A stretch of DNA of 64,000 bases from the NCBI GenBank assembly GCA_963798085.1, contig CAWCRS010000003.1:896001-960000 (forward strand). Reading direction: 5' to 3'. A program made the position numbers and the translations under genes. The notes under the pieces were generated by a model, which saw nothing but the letters and a program-made list of their open reading frames with translations, was not told the origin of the DNA and searched no databases. The stretch comes from an uncultured Gemmatimonadales bacterium (GTDB lineage Bacteria > Gemmatimonadota > Gemmatimonadetes > Longimicrobiales > RSA9). Below, piece after piece: positions 29,234 to 43,203 of the stretch (its first letter is position 1; every line of letters begins with the position of its first letter).

Positions 29234-32197
29234 TCAGCTGCTGAATCTGACGACCATTTCCTCGAACTGGCGCAGTGTGCGGCCGCCAAAGGCCTGCTGC
29301 GAGCGGCCGCGCTCGAGGATGCCCAGGGCCTCGCGCGCGAGTGCGAGCGCGTCCGCATTCCGGCCCAGCCTGTCGCCGAGCAGGGCGGCGAGGTTGCCGA
29401 GCGTGCCCGCGAGTGTGCGCGGGTTGTCGATCATGCGGACCACGCGGAGTGCTTCCTCGAGCCGCTCGCGCGCCGCATCGATCTGGCCCATGCCCTCGTA
29501 CGCGAGCCCCTGGTAGTTGAGCGCCCAGCATTCGGTGACGCGGTTCTCGACCTCGCGTGAGATCTCGAGGCAGCGTGTGGCCAGGTCGAGAGCGGACGGG
29601 AACTGGCGGAGTCCGACATCGACGGATGCGATGTTGGACAGGGTGAGGCCTTCGAGCCCGCGATTGCCCATCTCGCGATGGATGTCGAGGGCCGCGAGCA
29701 GGTCCAGCTTTGCCTCATCGAGCCGGCCCATGTAGCGGCGGGAGATGCCCATGTCGTTCAGGTCTTCCGCCTCGCCGGTGCGGTTCCCGGTCTGGCGGTG
29801 CAGCCGCAGCGCTTCGGTGAAGTGCTCGATGGCAGTGGTGAGCATGCCCCGCTCGAATGCGACGGAGCCGATCTTGTTGAGGAGGTCGGCTTCCACGGCG
29901 CGGTCCGGCACGGCGCGGGCAATGCGAATGGCTTCGTCGTAGCAGCGCATGGCGCGGTCGTAACGCGTCATCCGCCAGAAGGTCTCGCCCAGGTACTTCA
30001 GCGTGATGGCGACATTGCGCTGATCGCCCAGCTGCTTCTGCCGGTCGAGCGCGCGCTCGAGCATCTCGCGTGCCTGGGGGAAGCGGCTGCGCGTGCGCTC
30101 CAGCTCACCCAGGTCGCTCAGCGTCGCAGCCTCGGTCGCGACATCCCTCGCCGCCGCGAGGGCGTCGGTGAGGTAGTCGTGCGCGGCGGCCGGGTCGCGG
30201 CGGGAGAACCACCTGCCCAGCAGGTGCAGGAAGAGACGCTCGTGATCGGCGTGGTCGAGTGCGCGCGCACAGGCGAGGCCGAGGCGGAGCACCGCCAGGC
30301 CGCGGTCGCCGGTGCCGTAGCGGCGCAGTACGAAGTCGGCCGTGGCCACGCAGTAGTCGAGCGCGGTCTGCAGCAGCGGCCGATCGGCGTCCGCCGGCGG
30401 CCTTCTAACAGCGAGTTTGGGCGCCGTCCAGGCCGCGAGGTCACCGAGCAGCGGGGTGGCGCGGCCCAGCAGCTCGAGCCCGCAGGTGCGGATGTGCGGG
30501 AACAGCAGCGCCAGCTGGTTCCACTCCTGGATGGGGCGGGCGAAGCCGGCGCGCGCGCGACCGATCACAAGCTGATACCAGCGCTGGCGCGCGGCTTCCA
30601 TTTCCGCGGGATTCCCGGCCAGCAGCTGGCGGGCGTACGCGCGCAGCAGCGGGTGCAGCGCGTACCCGCTGTCAGGATCGCCGTCGATGAGCGAGCGGTT
30701 GTCGAGGCCATCCAGCGCGTCGCGCGCGGCGAGTGCTCCCGGCTCATCGCCCCAGACGCTGTGAATCATGGCGGCATCCATGCGGCCGCCATTGGGGAAT
30801 ACGCCCAGATCGAGAAAGCGACGCGTCCAGTCCGTATGCAGCGCGCGATCCAGCGCTTCCAGCTCGTCCACGCTGATGGCGAGGCTGGCGGCGACGCTCT
30901 CGTCCTTGGTGACCGTGCGGGCGACGCGCAGGCGGAAGCCGCCCAGCCCGCGCTCGAGGCTGTCGCTCAGCTCGGAGACCAGCCCGGGCAGATCGGCGGC
31001 GCGCGTGAGGCGCGCGGACGCGAGCACGAGCGCGAGGGCGTGTCCGTCGACGCGCTCGATGAGCTGCTCCACCGCGGCCGACTGCTTCCGGAATTCGTCC
31101 TCACTGAAGCGGGCACTGAGACGCAGCTGGAGGCGGTCGTGAATGAGGGAAGTGGCGTCGTCGTCCGAAAGCGGACCCAGTGAATAGACGCGGGCGCCGA
31201 GTTCCGCGGCGACCTGTGCGGAGCGCGTCGTAATGATGCGCGTGGCGTCGGGCGGCAGCGCGGAGAGCAGCGTGCGCGTCTGCGGCACATCCGCTTCGCT
31301 CACGTCATCGATCAGCACGAGCAGCTCGCCGAAGCCCGCGAGCAGCGCGCGCACATCATTGGGCCCGTACTCGCGGGTGGGCTGCTGGCCCAGCGCGCGC
31401 AGCGCATCATCGGCCCAGCGGTTGAGCACGAACGTGTCCGCCGACGGAATCTCGCCGCGCGTCTCGAGCAGCACGCCGCCCGGATAACGCGGTGCCAGGC
31501 GGCGGACGAGCTCCTGCGCCAGCACCGTCTTGCCCTGCCCGCCCAGGCCCTGGATCGCGATGGTCGTGCGGCCGCTGGACACGCTGCCGGACTCGTCGTC
31601 GATCAGCGCGGCGAGCGCGGCGAGATCCTTCTCGCGGCCGACGAACGGGTTGTCCAGCGGCGGCGTCTGATCCGAGAGTCGGCGTCCCGGCCGCAGCGCG
31701 AAGCGGCCAATGCAGTCGCGCAGTGCAACGAGCGCCTGGTCACGATCGCTGGTGAAATCGATGCCCTGGAAGCGCGCGAGATGCGCCGGCGGCGGCGGTG
31801 GCACGAACAGCAGCGGGATCATGCGACGCAGCAGCCGCTCGCCTTCGAGCTGCTCCCAGAGGATCCAGGTCCGGTCACGGGCCGGGTCCGTGGCGTGCGC
31901 CGTGACCAGCGCGACCACGATGTTGCACTGCAGCAGGGCGCGCTTCAGGTCCTGCTTCCACGGATCGCCGCCCTCGATGTCGATGCGATCCACCCAGACG
32001 CTGGCAACGCCGCGCGCAATGAGCTGCTCGCGCAGCCAGAGCGCGATCTCGCGGTCTTCGCTGGCGTAGCTGACGAAGAGGTGCGCCCAGAGCACATTGC
32101 CCGGCGGCACTGCGGCAGTGGACGTGGCGGATGTCGGCGGCGCCGTGGCGGATGCCGGCGGCGCCGCGGTGGGAGGCGCGGCGGGGAGCGTGGACAT
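29234..32197 (-). CDS. TIR-NB-ARC(STAND)-TPR protein (NLR-like)
   Basis: LFVSYASED TIR motif; FVGREKDL, GLGGQGKT, LVLIDDV, IITTR, GHALAL, LHPLLR; multiple TPRs. Confidence 0.88.
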   Translation of the reverse strand: MSTLPAAPPTAAPPASATAPPTSATSTAAVPPGNVLWAHLFVSYASEDREIALWLREQLIARGVASVWVDRIDIEGGDPWKQDLKRALLQCNIVVALVTAHATDPARDRTWILWEQLEGERLLRRMIPLLFVPPPPPAHLARFQGIDFTSDRDQALVALRDCIGRFALRPGRRLSDQTPPLDNPFVGREKDLAALAALIDDESGSVSSGRTTIAIQGLGGQGKTVLAQELVRRLAPRYPGGVLLETRGEIPSADTFVLNRWADDALRALGQQPTREYGPNDVRALLAGFGELLVLIDDVSEADVPQTRTLLSALPPDATRIITTRSAQVAAELGARVYSLGPLSDDDATSLIHDRLQLRLSARFSEDEFRKQSAAVEQLIERVDGHALALVLASARLTRAADLPGLVSELSDSLERGLGGFRLRVARTVTKDESVAASLAISVDELEALDRALHTDWTRRFLDLGVFPNGGRMDAAMIHSVWGDEPGALAARDALDGLDNRSLIDGDPDSGYALHPLLRAYARQLLAGNPAEMEAARQRWYQLVIGRARAGFARPIQEWNQLALLFPHIRTCGLELLGRATPLLGDLAAWTAPKLAVRRPPADADRPLLQTALDYCVATADFVLRRYGTGDRGLAVLRLGLACARALDHADHERLFLHLLGRWFSRRDPAAAHDYLTDALAAARDVATEAATLSDLGELERTRSRFPQAREMLERALDRQKQLGDQRNVAITLKYLGETFWRMTRYDRAMRCYDEAIRIARAVPDRAVEADLLNKIGSVAFERGMLTTAIEHFTEALRLHRQTGNRTGEAEDLNDMGISRRYMGRLDEAKLDLLAALDIHREMGNRGLEGLTLSNIASVDVGLRQFPSALDLATRCLEISREVENRVTECWALNYQGLAYEGMGQIDAARERLEEALRVVRMIDNPRTLAGTLGNLAALLGDRLGRNADALALAREALGILERGRSQQAFGGRTLRQFEEMVVRFSS

Positions 32198-32226
32198 GGC
32201 CGGGGCGTCGGGTTCGAGTGCGGGAT

Positions 32227-32823
32227 TCAGTCGTCGTCCTCCGCATCGTGCGGTGGGTGAAGCTCACCTGCGTCCTGTAGTGCTTCGCGATAATGGTCGA
32301 GCAGAAGGGTCACACCATCCGCGAGGTACGTGGTCTCATCGAAGAAGCGCCCGAACGCCTGCCCCAGCGCCCACGCGCCCGTGCGCGTCCAGATCACGTC
32401 ATCCCAGCGCGGCAGCAGCCTGGCCGGATCGCGGACCAGCCATTCCGCATCGGGCGCCGCACTGTAATAGCTGGCCTCGCCCAGCAGCTCCTCCGTGCCG
32501 AAGGTGTAGACGGGCGAGGTGCGGCGCCGGTAATAGCGCTCGCGCTGGTCGAGCAGCTCGAGCTCCTCGGCGGTGACGGGAAAGGCGAGCCCATTGAAGG
32601 CGAAGCCCTCCGCCCGCTCGACATTCAGCGCGCCCACCTCAATGGGCCGCTGGCTCATGCGGAAGCTGGGCTGGTAGTGCGTCGGGCGGAGGTTGCAGAG
32701 GCGACGGTACCCGGGCACGACGACCGGGATCATGTCCTTGTCCGCGGCGGCGCGGTCCCCGACCGTTTTCGCCATGGACTTGCGGTAGAGGAGGGTGCCG
32801 TAGGCTACGAGCAGCGTTTCCAT
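32227..32823 (-). CDS. Gamma-glutamylcyclotransferase-like protein (GGCT/ChaC fold)
   Basis: N-terminal AYGTLL, GYRR, LDQRERYY motifs. Confidence 0.7.
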   Translation of the reverse strand: METLLVAYGTLLYRKSMAKTVGDRAAADKDMIPVVVPGYRRLCNLRPTHYQPSFRMSQRPIEVGALNVERAEGFAFNGLAFPVTAEELELLDQRERYYRRRTSPVYTFGTEELLGEASYYSAAPDAEWLVRDPARLLPRWDDVIWTRTGAWALGQAFGRFFDETTYLADGVTLLLDHYREALQDAGELHPPHDAEDDD

Positions 32824-33067
32824 TTTTCCGATTTTGTGGTGGTCCCTGGTTGGTGCGGTGGCAATCGGGGGGGTGGGCGGTGTGGGCGCAAGGCGGGGTG
32901 GGGCTCGGGCTGGGGCTGGGAGGAGGAGTGCGGAGTTGTTGAGGCGGGGTTTGCGAGGAGGCGCGTGGTTTGGCGTTGCGGTGGGTGCGTGGTTGGGTTG
33001 ACGTTCGCACGGCCGCGTGTGGATCTGCTGAGTAATGCGTCCTTGAGTCCATTCCGCTCGCGGGGCG

Positions 33068-33097
33068 TTGACCGGGGGCGGGGGCGGGGGTTAGGGT
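33068..33097 (+). promoter_or_regulatory. Sigma70-like promoter of tRNA-Asn
   Basis: TTGACC-18 nt-TAGGGT ending 9 nt before the tRNA. Confidence 0.55.
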
Positions 33098-33106
33098 TGT
33101 TGTTCT

Positions 33107-33178
33107 TCCCGCGTAGCTCAGTGGTAGAGCAGCCGGCTGTTAACCGGCGGGTCGTAGGTTCGAGTCCTACCGCGGGAG
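33107..33178 (+). tRNA. tRNA-Asn (GTT), CCA not encoded
   Basis: Cloverleaf: TCCCGCG/CGCGGGA acceptor stem, AGCTCAGTGGTAGAGC D arm, CCGG-CTGTTAA-CCGG anticodon arm, GTTCGAGTC T loop. Confidence 0.97.
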
Positions 33179-33370
33179 TTGAGGATGTTGGCTATCAGGC
33201 AAGCAGGCTCACGGAGAAAGACCGGTGGGCCTGTTTTGCATCCGGGCACTTCGGATCGGCCGATCGAGGCATGTGCCTGGCCGCGGTACAGCCCGACCAT
33301 TCGACGTGCATATGCGCCCCTGCGCTTGAGACCGGCTGGTGCCATATATGTTTGACACATGTCTGTTACT

Positions 33371-33599
33371 GTGAGGACGACCGTGTATCTGGATGCGACC
33401 GACTACCGGCGGCTGAAGGGGATGGCGCGGGCGCGAGGGCCGGACTGCGGCGGAGCTGGTGCGCGAGGCGGTGGCGGAGTACGCGCGCCGGCACGTGGCG
33501 GCAGACCTGCCGCAGAGTCTGGGCGCGGGTCGGAGCGGCCGCGGCAATGTGGCGGAGCGAGCGGAGACGCTGCTGTCCGGTCTGGGAACGGACGCGTGA
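33371..33599 (+). CDS. CopG/RHH antitoxin (VapB-like; frameshift near 33445)
   Basis: RTTVYLD...AELVREAVAEY RHH pattern; stop overlaps the PIN gene start. Confidence 0.75.
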
Positions 33600-34009
33600 T
33601 CGTTGCGGACACGGGAGCGATCATCGCGCTGATCAATGCGGACGACCGCCGCCACGAGGAGATGCGGCGCGCCTTCGAGGCGGAGCCGCGCGCATGGGTG
33701 CTGCCCTGGGCGATTCTCCCCGAGGTGGACTATCTGCTGCTGCACCACGTCGGCGAGCGCGCCGAAAGGGAGTTCGTGCGCAATGTGGCGGAGGGCCGCT
33801 GGCCGGTGGAGTGGGGCGACGAAACCAATGTGGCGCGCGCAGCGGAGCTGTGCGAGCAGCATCCTGACCTGCGGTCAGGCATGGTCAATGGCGTGGTGAT
33901 GAGCGTGGCGGAGCGGCTGCGGGCGCGGGCGATTGCCACGCTCGATGAGCGGCATTTCGGGGTGGTGCGGCTGAAGCGGAAGGTGGCGCTCTGGCCGAGA
34001 GATCTGTGA
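33596..34009 (+). CDS. PIN-domain toxin (VapC-like)
   Basis: IVADTGAIIAL, LPEVDY, IATLDERHF. Confidence 0.88.
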   Translation: MIVADTGAIIALINADDRRHEEMRRAFEAEPRAWVLPWAILPEVDYLLLHHVGERAEREFVRNVAEGRWPVEWGDETNVARAAELCEQHPDLRSGMVNGVVMSVAERLRARAIATLDERHFGVVRLKRKVALWPRDL

Positions 34010-34229
34010 GCGGGTGGCGCGCCGATCAGGAGCGGGATTCGCAGTACTTCCGGATGCGATTGACCCGCCAGGACGAGCGCAGCAGGCCTTCCTGAATCCG
34101 CGTCAGAAGCTCCTCCGAAACCCCTCTCGCAAGCACGCTTCCCCGTTCAGCACTGCCGCCTCCAGATCGCTGAAGCGAACAACCATGCCGTTGCTGAAGT
34201 GCACCACGGTCTCGTGCCGAATGAACGGG

Positions 34230-34537
34230 TGGCTGCCCGGTGAGAGGACGACGCCAGGTCGCCGGGCGTGGCGGTCACGACCTCGGTGATACTGTCGAAG
34301 GGCGATCCCGCCTTCTCGTGCGCCTTGCGGACGTGCTCCGCGCTGGGCGCCATGCTGAAGCAGTATGCGCGGCCGTCCTCGAATCCGACATGGGCGCGCA
34401 GCACCACGTTGCCTTCCTCGCGGCTGTGCTTCTCGACAGGCGGCGAAGAACGTCGCGAACTCCTCTTTCGAGATCCCGGCCGGGAACCTGTTCGAGCGGT
34501 GGTCGTGGGTGTCAATGAAAAACTTCATCGGTCGCAT
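34230..34537 (-). pseudogene. DUF4242 (SCO4226-like) protein, frameshifted and fused to an unrelated fragment
   Basis: FIDTH, GRAYCFSMAPSAEHVRKAHEKAG..DSITEV. Confidence 0.65.
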
Positions 34538-34929
34538 CGTGATCCTCCGTAAAGGTGGTGCCTCCGGTTGTTGGGGGGCGATACGGGGAAGTGTAGCAGG
34601 GGCGACGGGGTGTCTGGAACCTGGGTCTCTGAAGGAGAGTCTCGAACGAGTCAGCCTAAATGATAGCACCGGGAGGCTGCCCGGCCGCCGTGTTTCCAGA
34701 GTGGCGTGAGGCAGTTCACAAGCAGCGCGAACGGTGGCGCCTTGTCCCGAATTGACATATTGTGACCGGCGACCCCGCACTCCAGCGCGGGGACGCGGCT
34801 GCGGGTCCGCACACATGATCGTGTACTTGCCTTGTCATCGGTTGACGACTGTCGCGCCAATTGATTCCAGTGCGCGCCACTAATGACTGAGCAGAAGAAC
34901 TCGGCGATGCGGCCATCGCGGGAAGGGAT

Positions 34930-36960
34930 ATGAAGCTCAAGCACGCCATCATCGAAGTGATGGATCGGGACCTTCTCAAGCAGGTCTGTGACCGTCTCGA
35001 GATCGAGGCCGTCGACAGACGCAGCCGCGGGGATCTGCGGCCGCAGTCTCGCGAAACCGTAGGGCGAAAGCGGAAGAGCTGCTCGACTACCTCAACGAGA
35101 AAAATGTCAAGGAGGTTTGCGAGCTGGTCGGCGTTTCATCGCATGGGCGCCGCGCTGTTTTGGTCGAGCGCCTGCTGGGCAGTGACAGGACAAGAATGGA
35201 ACCACGAACAATGAAGGAGATGAAGCTCCGACTCCAGCCAGAAGTAGCACCGGCTCGCGGAAGGCGAAGCCCGACGCTCCAGAAAGGCAGCAAATGGATT
35301 GGCTCTCTGACGAGGAGGAACACTCCGCGCCAGCGCGATCAGCTCGAGCATCTCGAAGCGCGCGCAGGACATCGCGGAAGGTCAGGCAGGGGAATGCGGA
35401 GAGCGCCGCTGTCATAGGGTATGAGGCGCAGCTGTGGCAGATGGCCGACGCTCTGCGCGGCAGCATGGATGCTGCGGAGTACAAACACGTTGTTCGGGGT
35501 GATCTTCCTCAAGTACATCTCGACGCGTTCGAGGAGCACCACGCGAAGCTGGATGCAGAGCGCTCGTCGGGTGCCGATCCCGAGGACCCGGACGAGTACC
35601 GCGCGCTCTCCATCTTCCGGGTCCCGCCCGAAGCACGCTGGCCGTACCTGCGCTCCAACGCCCGACAGCCCACAATCGGCCAGCTCGTGGACAACGCGAT
35701 GGCTGGCATCGAGCGGGACAACCCTGCCCTCAAGGGAGTGCTTCCGAAAGACTACGCGCGCCCGGCACTGGACAAGACACGGCTCGGGCCAGCTCATCGA
35801 CATGATCAGCAATATCAAGGTAGGCGACGAGGCCAGCCGCGCGCGCGATGTGCTCGGCCGCGTGAACGAGTACTTCCTCTCGCAGTTTGCCAGCGCGGAG
35901 GGCAAGAAGGGCGGCGAATTCTACACACCACGTTGCGTTGTGAAGCTTCTGGTAAAGATGGTCGAACCCTACCGCGGCCGCGTGTACGATCCGTGCTGCG
36001 GCTCCTCCGGCATGTTCGTCCAGTCCGTGGAGTTCATCCGCGCTCACTCGACTGCGAATGGCAATGGCGGTGCTGCACCAGGCAAGAAACCAGACATCTC
36101 GATCTACGGCCAGGAGTCGAACTACACCACGTGGCGCCTCGCCAAGATGAACCTTGCGATCCGCGGGATCGACGGGCAGATCGCACACGGCGACACCTTC
36201 CGTTCCGACAAGCATCCCGATCTGAAGGCGGACTTCATCCTCGCCAATCCACCGTTCAACGTGTCCGACTGGGTGGCGAACAGTTGCGCGACGACAAGCG
36301 CTGGAAGTTCGGCGTACCGCCGACAGGGAACGCAAACTTCGCCTGGGTGCAGCACATCGTGTCCACCTGGCGCCTGCCGGCGTTGCCGGTTTCGTGCTCG
36401 CGAACGGCTCAATGTCGTCCAATCAGTCGGGCGAGGGTGAGATCCGCGCGAATCTGATCGAGGCCGGCCTGATCGACTGCATGGTGGCGCTGCCGCCGCA
36501 GCTGTTCTATTCGACACAGATCCCGGCGTGCCTCTGGTTCATCGCCCGTGAGCGATCGAATGGCATGTTTCGGGATCGCCGCAGTCACAGCTTATTCATC
36601 GATGCCCGCAAGCTCGGCGAGATGGTGGACCGAACGCATCGCGAGCTGACCGATGAAGATATCGCACGCATAGCAGATATCTATCACGCCTGGCGGGGGG
36701 AAACGGGAGCAGGCAGGTACGTTAATGTCCCGGGCTTCTGCCACAGTGCCGGAATAGACGAGGTCCGTAAGCACAGCCACGTGCTGACGCCTGGTCGATA
36801 CGTAGGGGCTGAACAGTCCGCAGAGGACGTTGAGCCGTTTCATGAGAAGATGGTGCGGCTATGCGCAAGCCTTCGAGAACAACAAGACGACGCTAGGAAG
36901 CTGGAGGATGCCATTGCCGCGAACCTGACGGCTTTGGGTTATGTCGAATGTATGAGTTGA
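34930..36960 (+). CDS. hsdM: Type I R-M methyltransferase HsdM with N-terminal extension (several frameshifts)
   Basis: [27 protein letters not shown] (motif I), ANPPFN (motif IV), LTPGRYVG. Confidence 0.9.
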
Positions 36961-38272
36961 CGGCACTCCGAGATGGAGGCTGGCTTTATCGCCCCGAGTT
37001 TCCGCCCGACTGGCAAAGGCGGCCATTGTATTCCTTGGCAAAGTGGGTGAACGGTTTAGCCTTCCGCGACATTCAATTTAGCACGGCTGGCATGCCGGTG
37101 ATCAAGATCGCCGAAATCAAGGGCGGGATTACGGATCAGACCAAGTTCACGCGACAGACGTTCGATGATTCAGTCCGTGTGCGTCCGGGCGATCTACTGT
37201 TCTCCTTGTCGGTCAGCCGGAGACATTGATAGATGCGTTCTGGTGGCGTGGTCCAGAAGGATGGCTGAACCAACACGTGTTTAGGGTGACATCGAGCAGC
37301 AATGTCGATACAGCGTTCTTATACTATCTCCTGCGATATCTAAGGCCACACTTCGTGGGAATCGCCCGCAACAAACAGACGACTGGCTTGGGGCATGTTA
37401 CGAAGCGAGATCTGGAAAACATTCAGGCAGCCTATCCTACGATGGCCGAGCAACGCGCTATTGCACACATCCTCGGCACGCTGGACGACAAGATTGAGTT
37501 GAACCGCCAGATGAGCGAAACGCTCGAGGCAATGGCGAGAGCGCTATTCAAGTCCTGACTCGTGGACTTCGATCCGGTGCGTGCCCAAGCCGAAGGCCGC
37601 GACACAGGTTTGCCCAAGCATATCGCCGATCTCTTCCCCAACCGGCTTGTCGATTCCGAGCTCGGCGAGATCCCGGAGGGTTGGGAGTTGAAGAGCCTCG
37701 ATGCGATCGCACAGTTTCTGAATGGATTGGCGCTTCAGAATTATCCCGTTTCGGACGGCCGCTCAATCCCTGTTGTCAAGATCGCCCAATTGCGCAGAAA
37801 TAGCACCCATGGCGCGGATCAGGCTAGCGCGGATCTCGAGCGGAGCTACGTCGTCGATGATGGCGACATCCTGTTCTCGTGGTCGGGCTCACTTGAGTGC
37901 GTGCTTTGGACCGGTGGTCGTGGGGCTCTGAACCAGCACATCTTCAAAGTTACGTCGTCATCTTATCCACAGTGGTTTCTTTTGTTCGCGGTTCACTGCA
38001 CATCTCAAAGAGTTCCGGCGAATCGCGGCAGGCAAAGCAACCACAATCGGCACATCCAGCGGCACCACCTGTCCGAAGCGTTAGTCGCCGTCCCACCGCT
38101 CACACTTCTCAGTGGGTTAGACCGAATGATTTCGCCATTCGTCGAGCGATCATGGAAGCTAAGAGTCGAATCCCGAACGCTTGCCGAAATACGCGACACA
38201 CTACTTCCTAAACTTGTTTCCGGCGAGCTGCGCGTGAAAGACGTGCATCGCTTCGCCGCAAAGGCAATGTGA
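36948..38272 (+). CDS. hsdS: Type I R-M specificity subunit HsdS (frameshifts and an in-frame TGA at 37556)
   Basis: [45 protein letters not shown]; two TRDs. Confidence 0.9.
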
Positions 38273-39237
38273 TGAGCAACGTTTGGTGCGTCCGAGCCGA
38301 GTGGGGAACCTACACCCGCCAATTCGTCGAGGGTGGGTACGTGGCGATCGGCTGGATAAACGGCGTGGATCTGACCGCGATCCGCACGCGAGAAGAGCTA
38401 TACCCGTTGTACAAGCAGGCGCACCCGGAAGACACGAGCAACATCGTGATCGGCCAGCAGGTCGGACAGATCGCTCGCTTCCTGCTCGAGATACGCGCGG
38501 GTGACTACGTGATCACCCCTGCGGCCGACACCGAGCACCTGCACCACGGGCAGGTTTCTCCCGATCCGTCGTACTTCTATGCCCCCGGCGACGCCGCATG
38601 TCCCTATCCGCACCGCCGGCGCGTTTATTGGTCAAAGAACACGCTGAAGCGTGGCGACTTCTCCGTTCCTTTCCAGAACACCATCCGCTCGTCGCTCACG
38701 GTCTTCGCCGTTTCGCAGCGCGACGAATTCCTCGCAGCGATCGGCCGGACCAATGTCACTCCACAACACCCGGCGCCGGAATATGACCCGTATCGTGTCG
38801 TCTCGAGCAGATCCTCGAACTTGATGACAAGGAGTTCGAGATCCTCGTCGCTCACCTGCTGACGGCGGTCGGTTTTGAAGGTTCCGAGGTGACCGGGAAG
38901 ACGGGGACGGGGGCGTCGACGCCATCGGCGAGCTGAACGTTTCGAATCTCGCCAAGGTCAAGGTCTACGTGCAAGCCAAGCGGTACAAGCTCTCCTCCAG
39001 AGTGACCGCGGGCACGGTACGACAGCTACGCCAGGCCATCCCGTTCGGCGGCCAGGGCGCATTCATCACGACCGCGGGCTTTCAGTCAGCCGCTGCCGAC
39101 ATTGCGCTGGAGGCCGGCTTCCCGCGCATCGGGTTGGTAAACGGCAGACAGCTCGTTGACCTGCTGGTTGAGCACTGGAGTGACATTCCGCCGGAGTTTC
39201 GCGAGCGGCTTGGGCTAAAGCCGGGGTTGGTGCGAGC

Positions 39238-39241
<4 letters not shown>
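38272..39241 (+). CDS. Mrr-like restriction endonuclease inserted between hsdS and hsdR (frameshifted)
   Basis: WCVRA..YVAIGW N-terminal domain; [32 protein letters not shown] (PD-(D/Q)xK). Confidence 0.82.
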
Positions 39242-42844
<3,603 letters not shown>

Positions 42845-43203
42845 GCAAGCCCTTGCGCTAGAACAATTTACACGGTATGGCGGTCCAACGCGCCAAGGGA
42901 TTCGTGGCCGAGCGCCCAACTTCCGGGTTACGGCAATATCGGGGCAACTTTCCGATGTCACAGGGTCCTGTTATCGTCCCCATCTGCGTGAACGTCCCAC
43001 CAGGACTTCGCAGCCTCGGGTACCGCGCCTGCGGACATCCCACAACCATCAAGGGACGAGAATGGTTAGTCACCGCCGCCAATCTGATCCGCGAGTGGGA
43101 GCGCGGATCTGCATTCTGGGTCTAATGTGTCGGTTCACACTGTCGAGATCATTTCTACCCACGATTTGTTCATCCAGTTACCAGGGCGCCGCGGCTCCGA
43201 TCG

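Noticed and set aside
32293..33867. 524-aa ORF
   Set aside because: Spans the tRNA and low-complexity DNA; not protein-like
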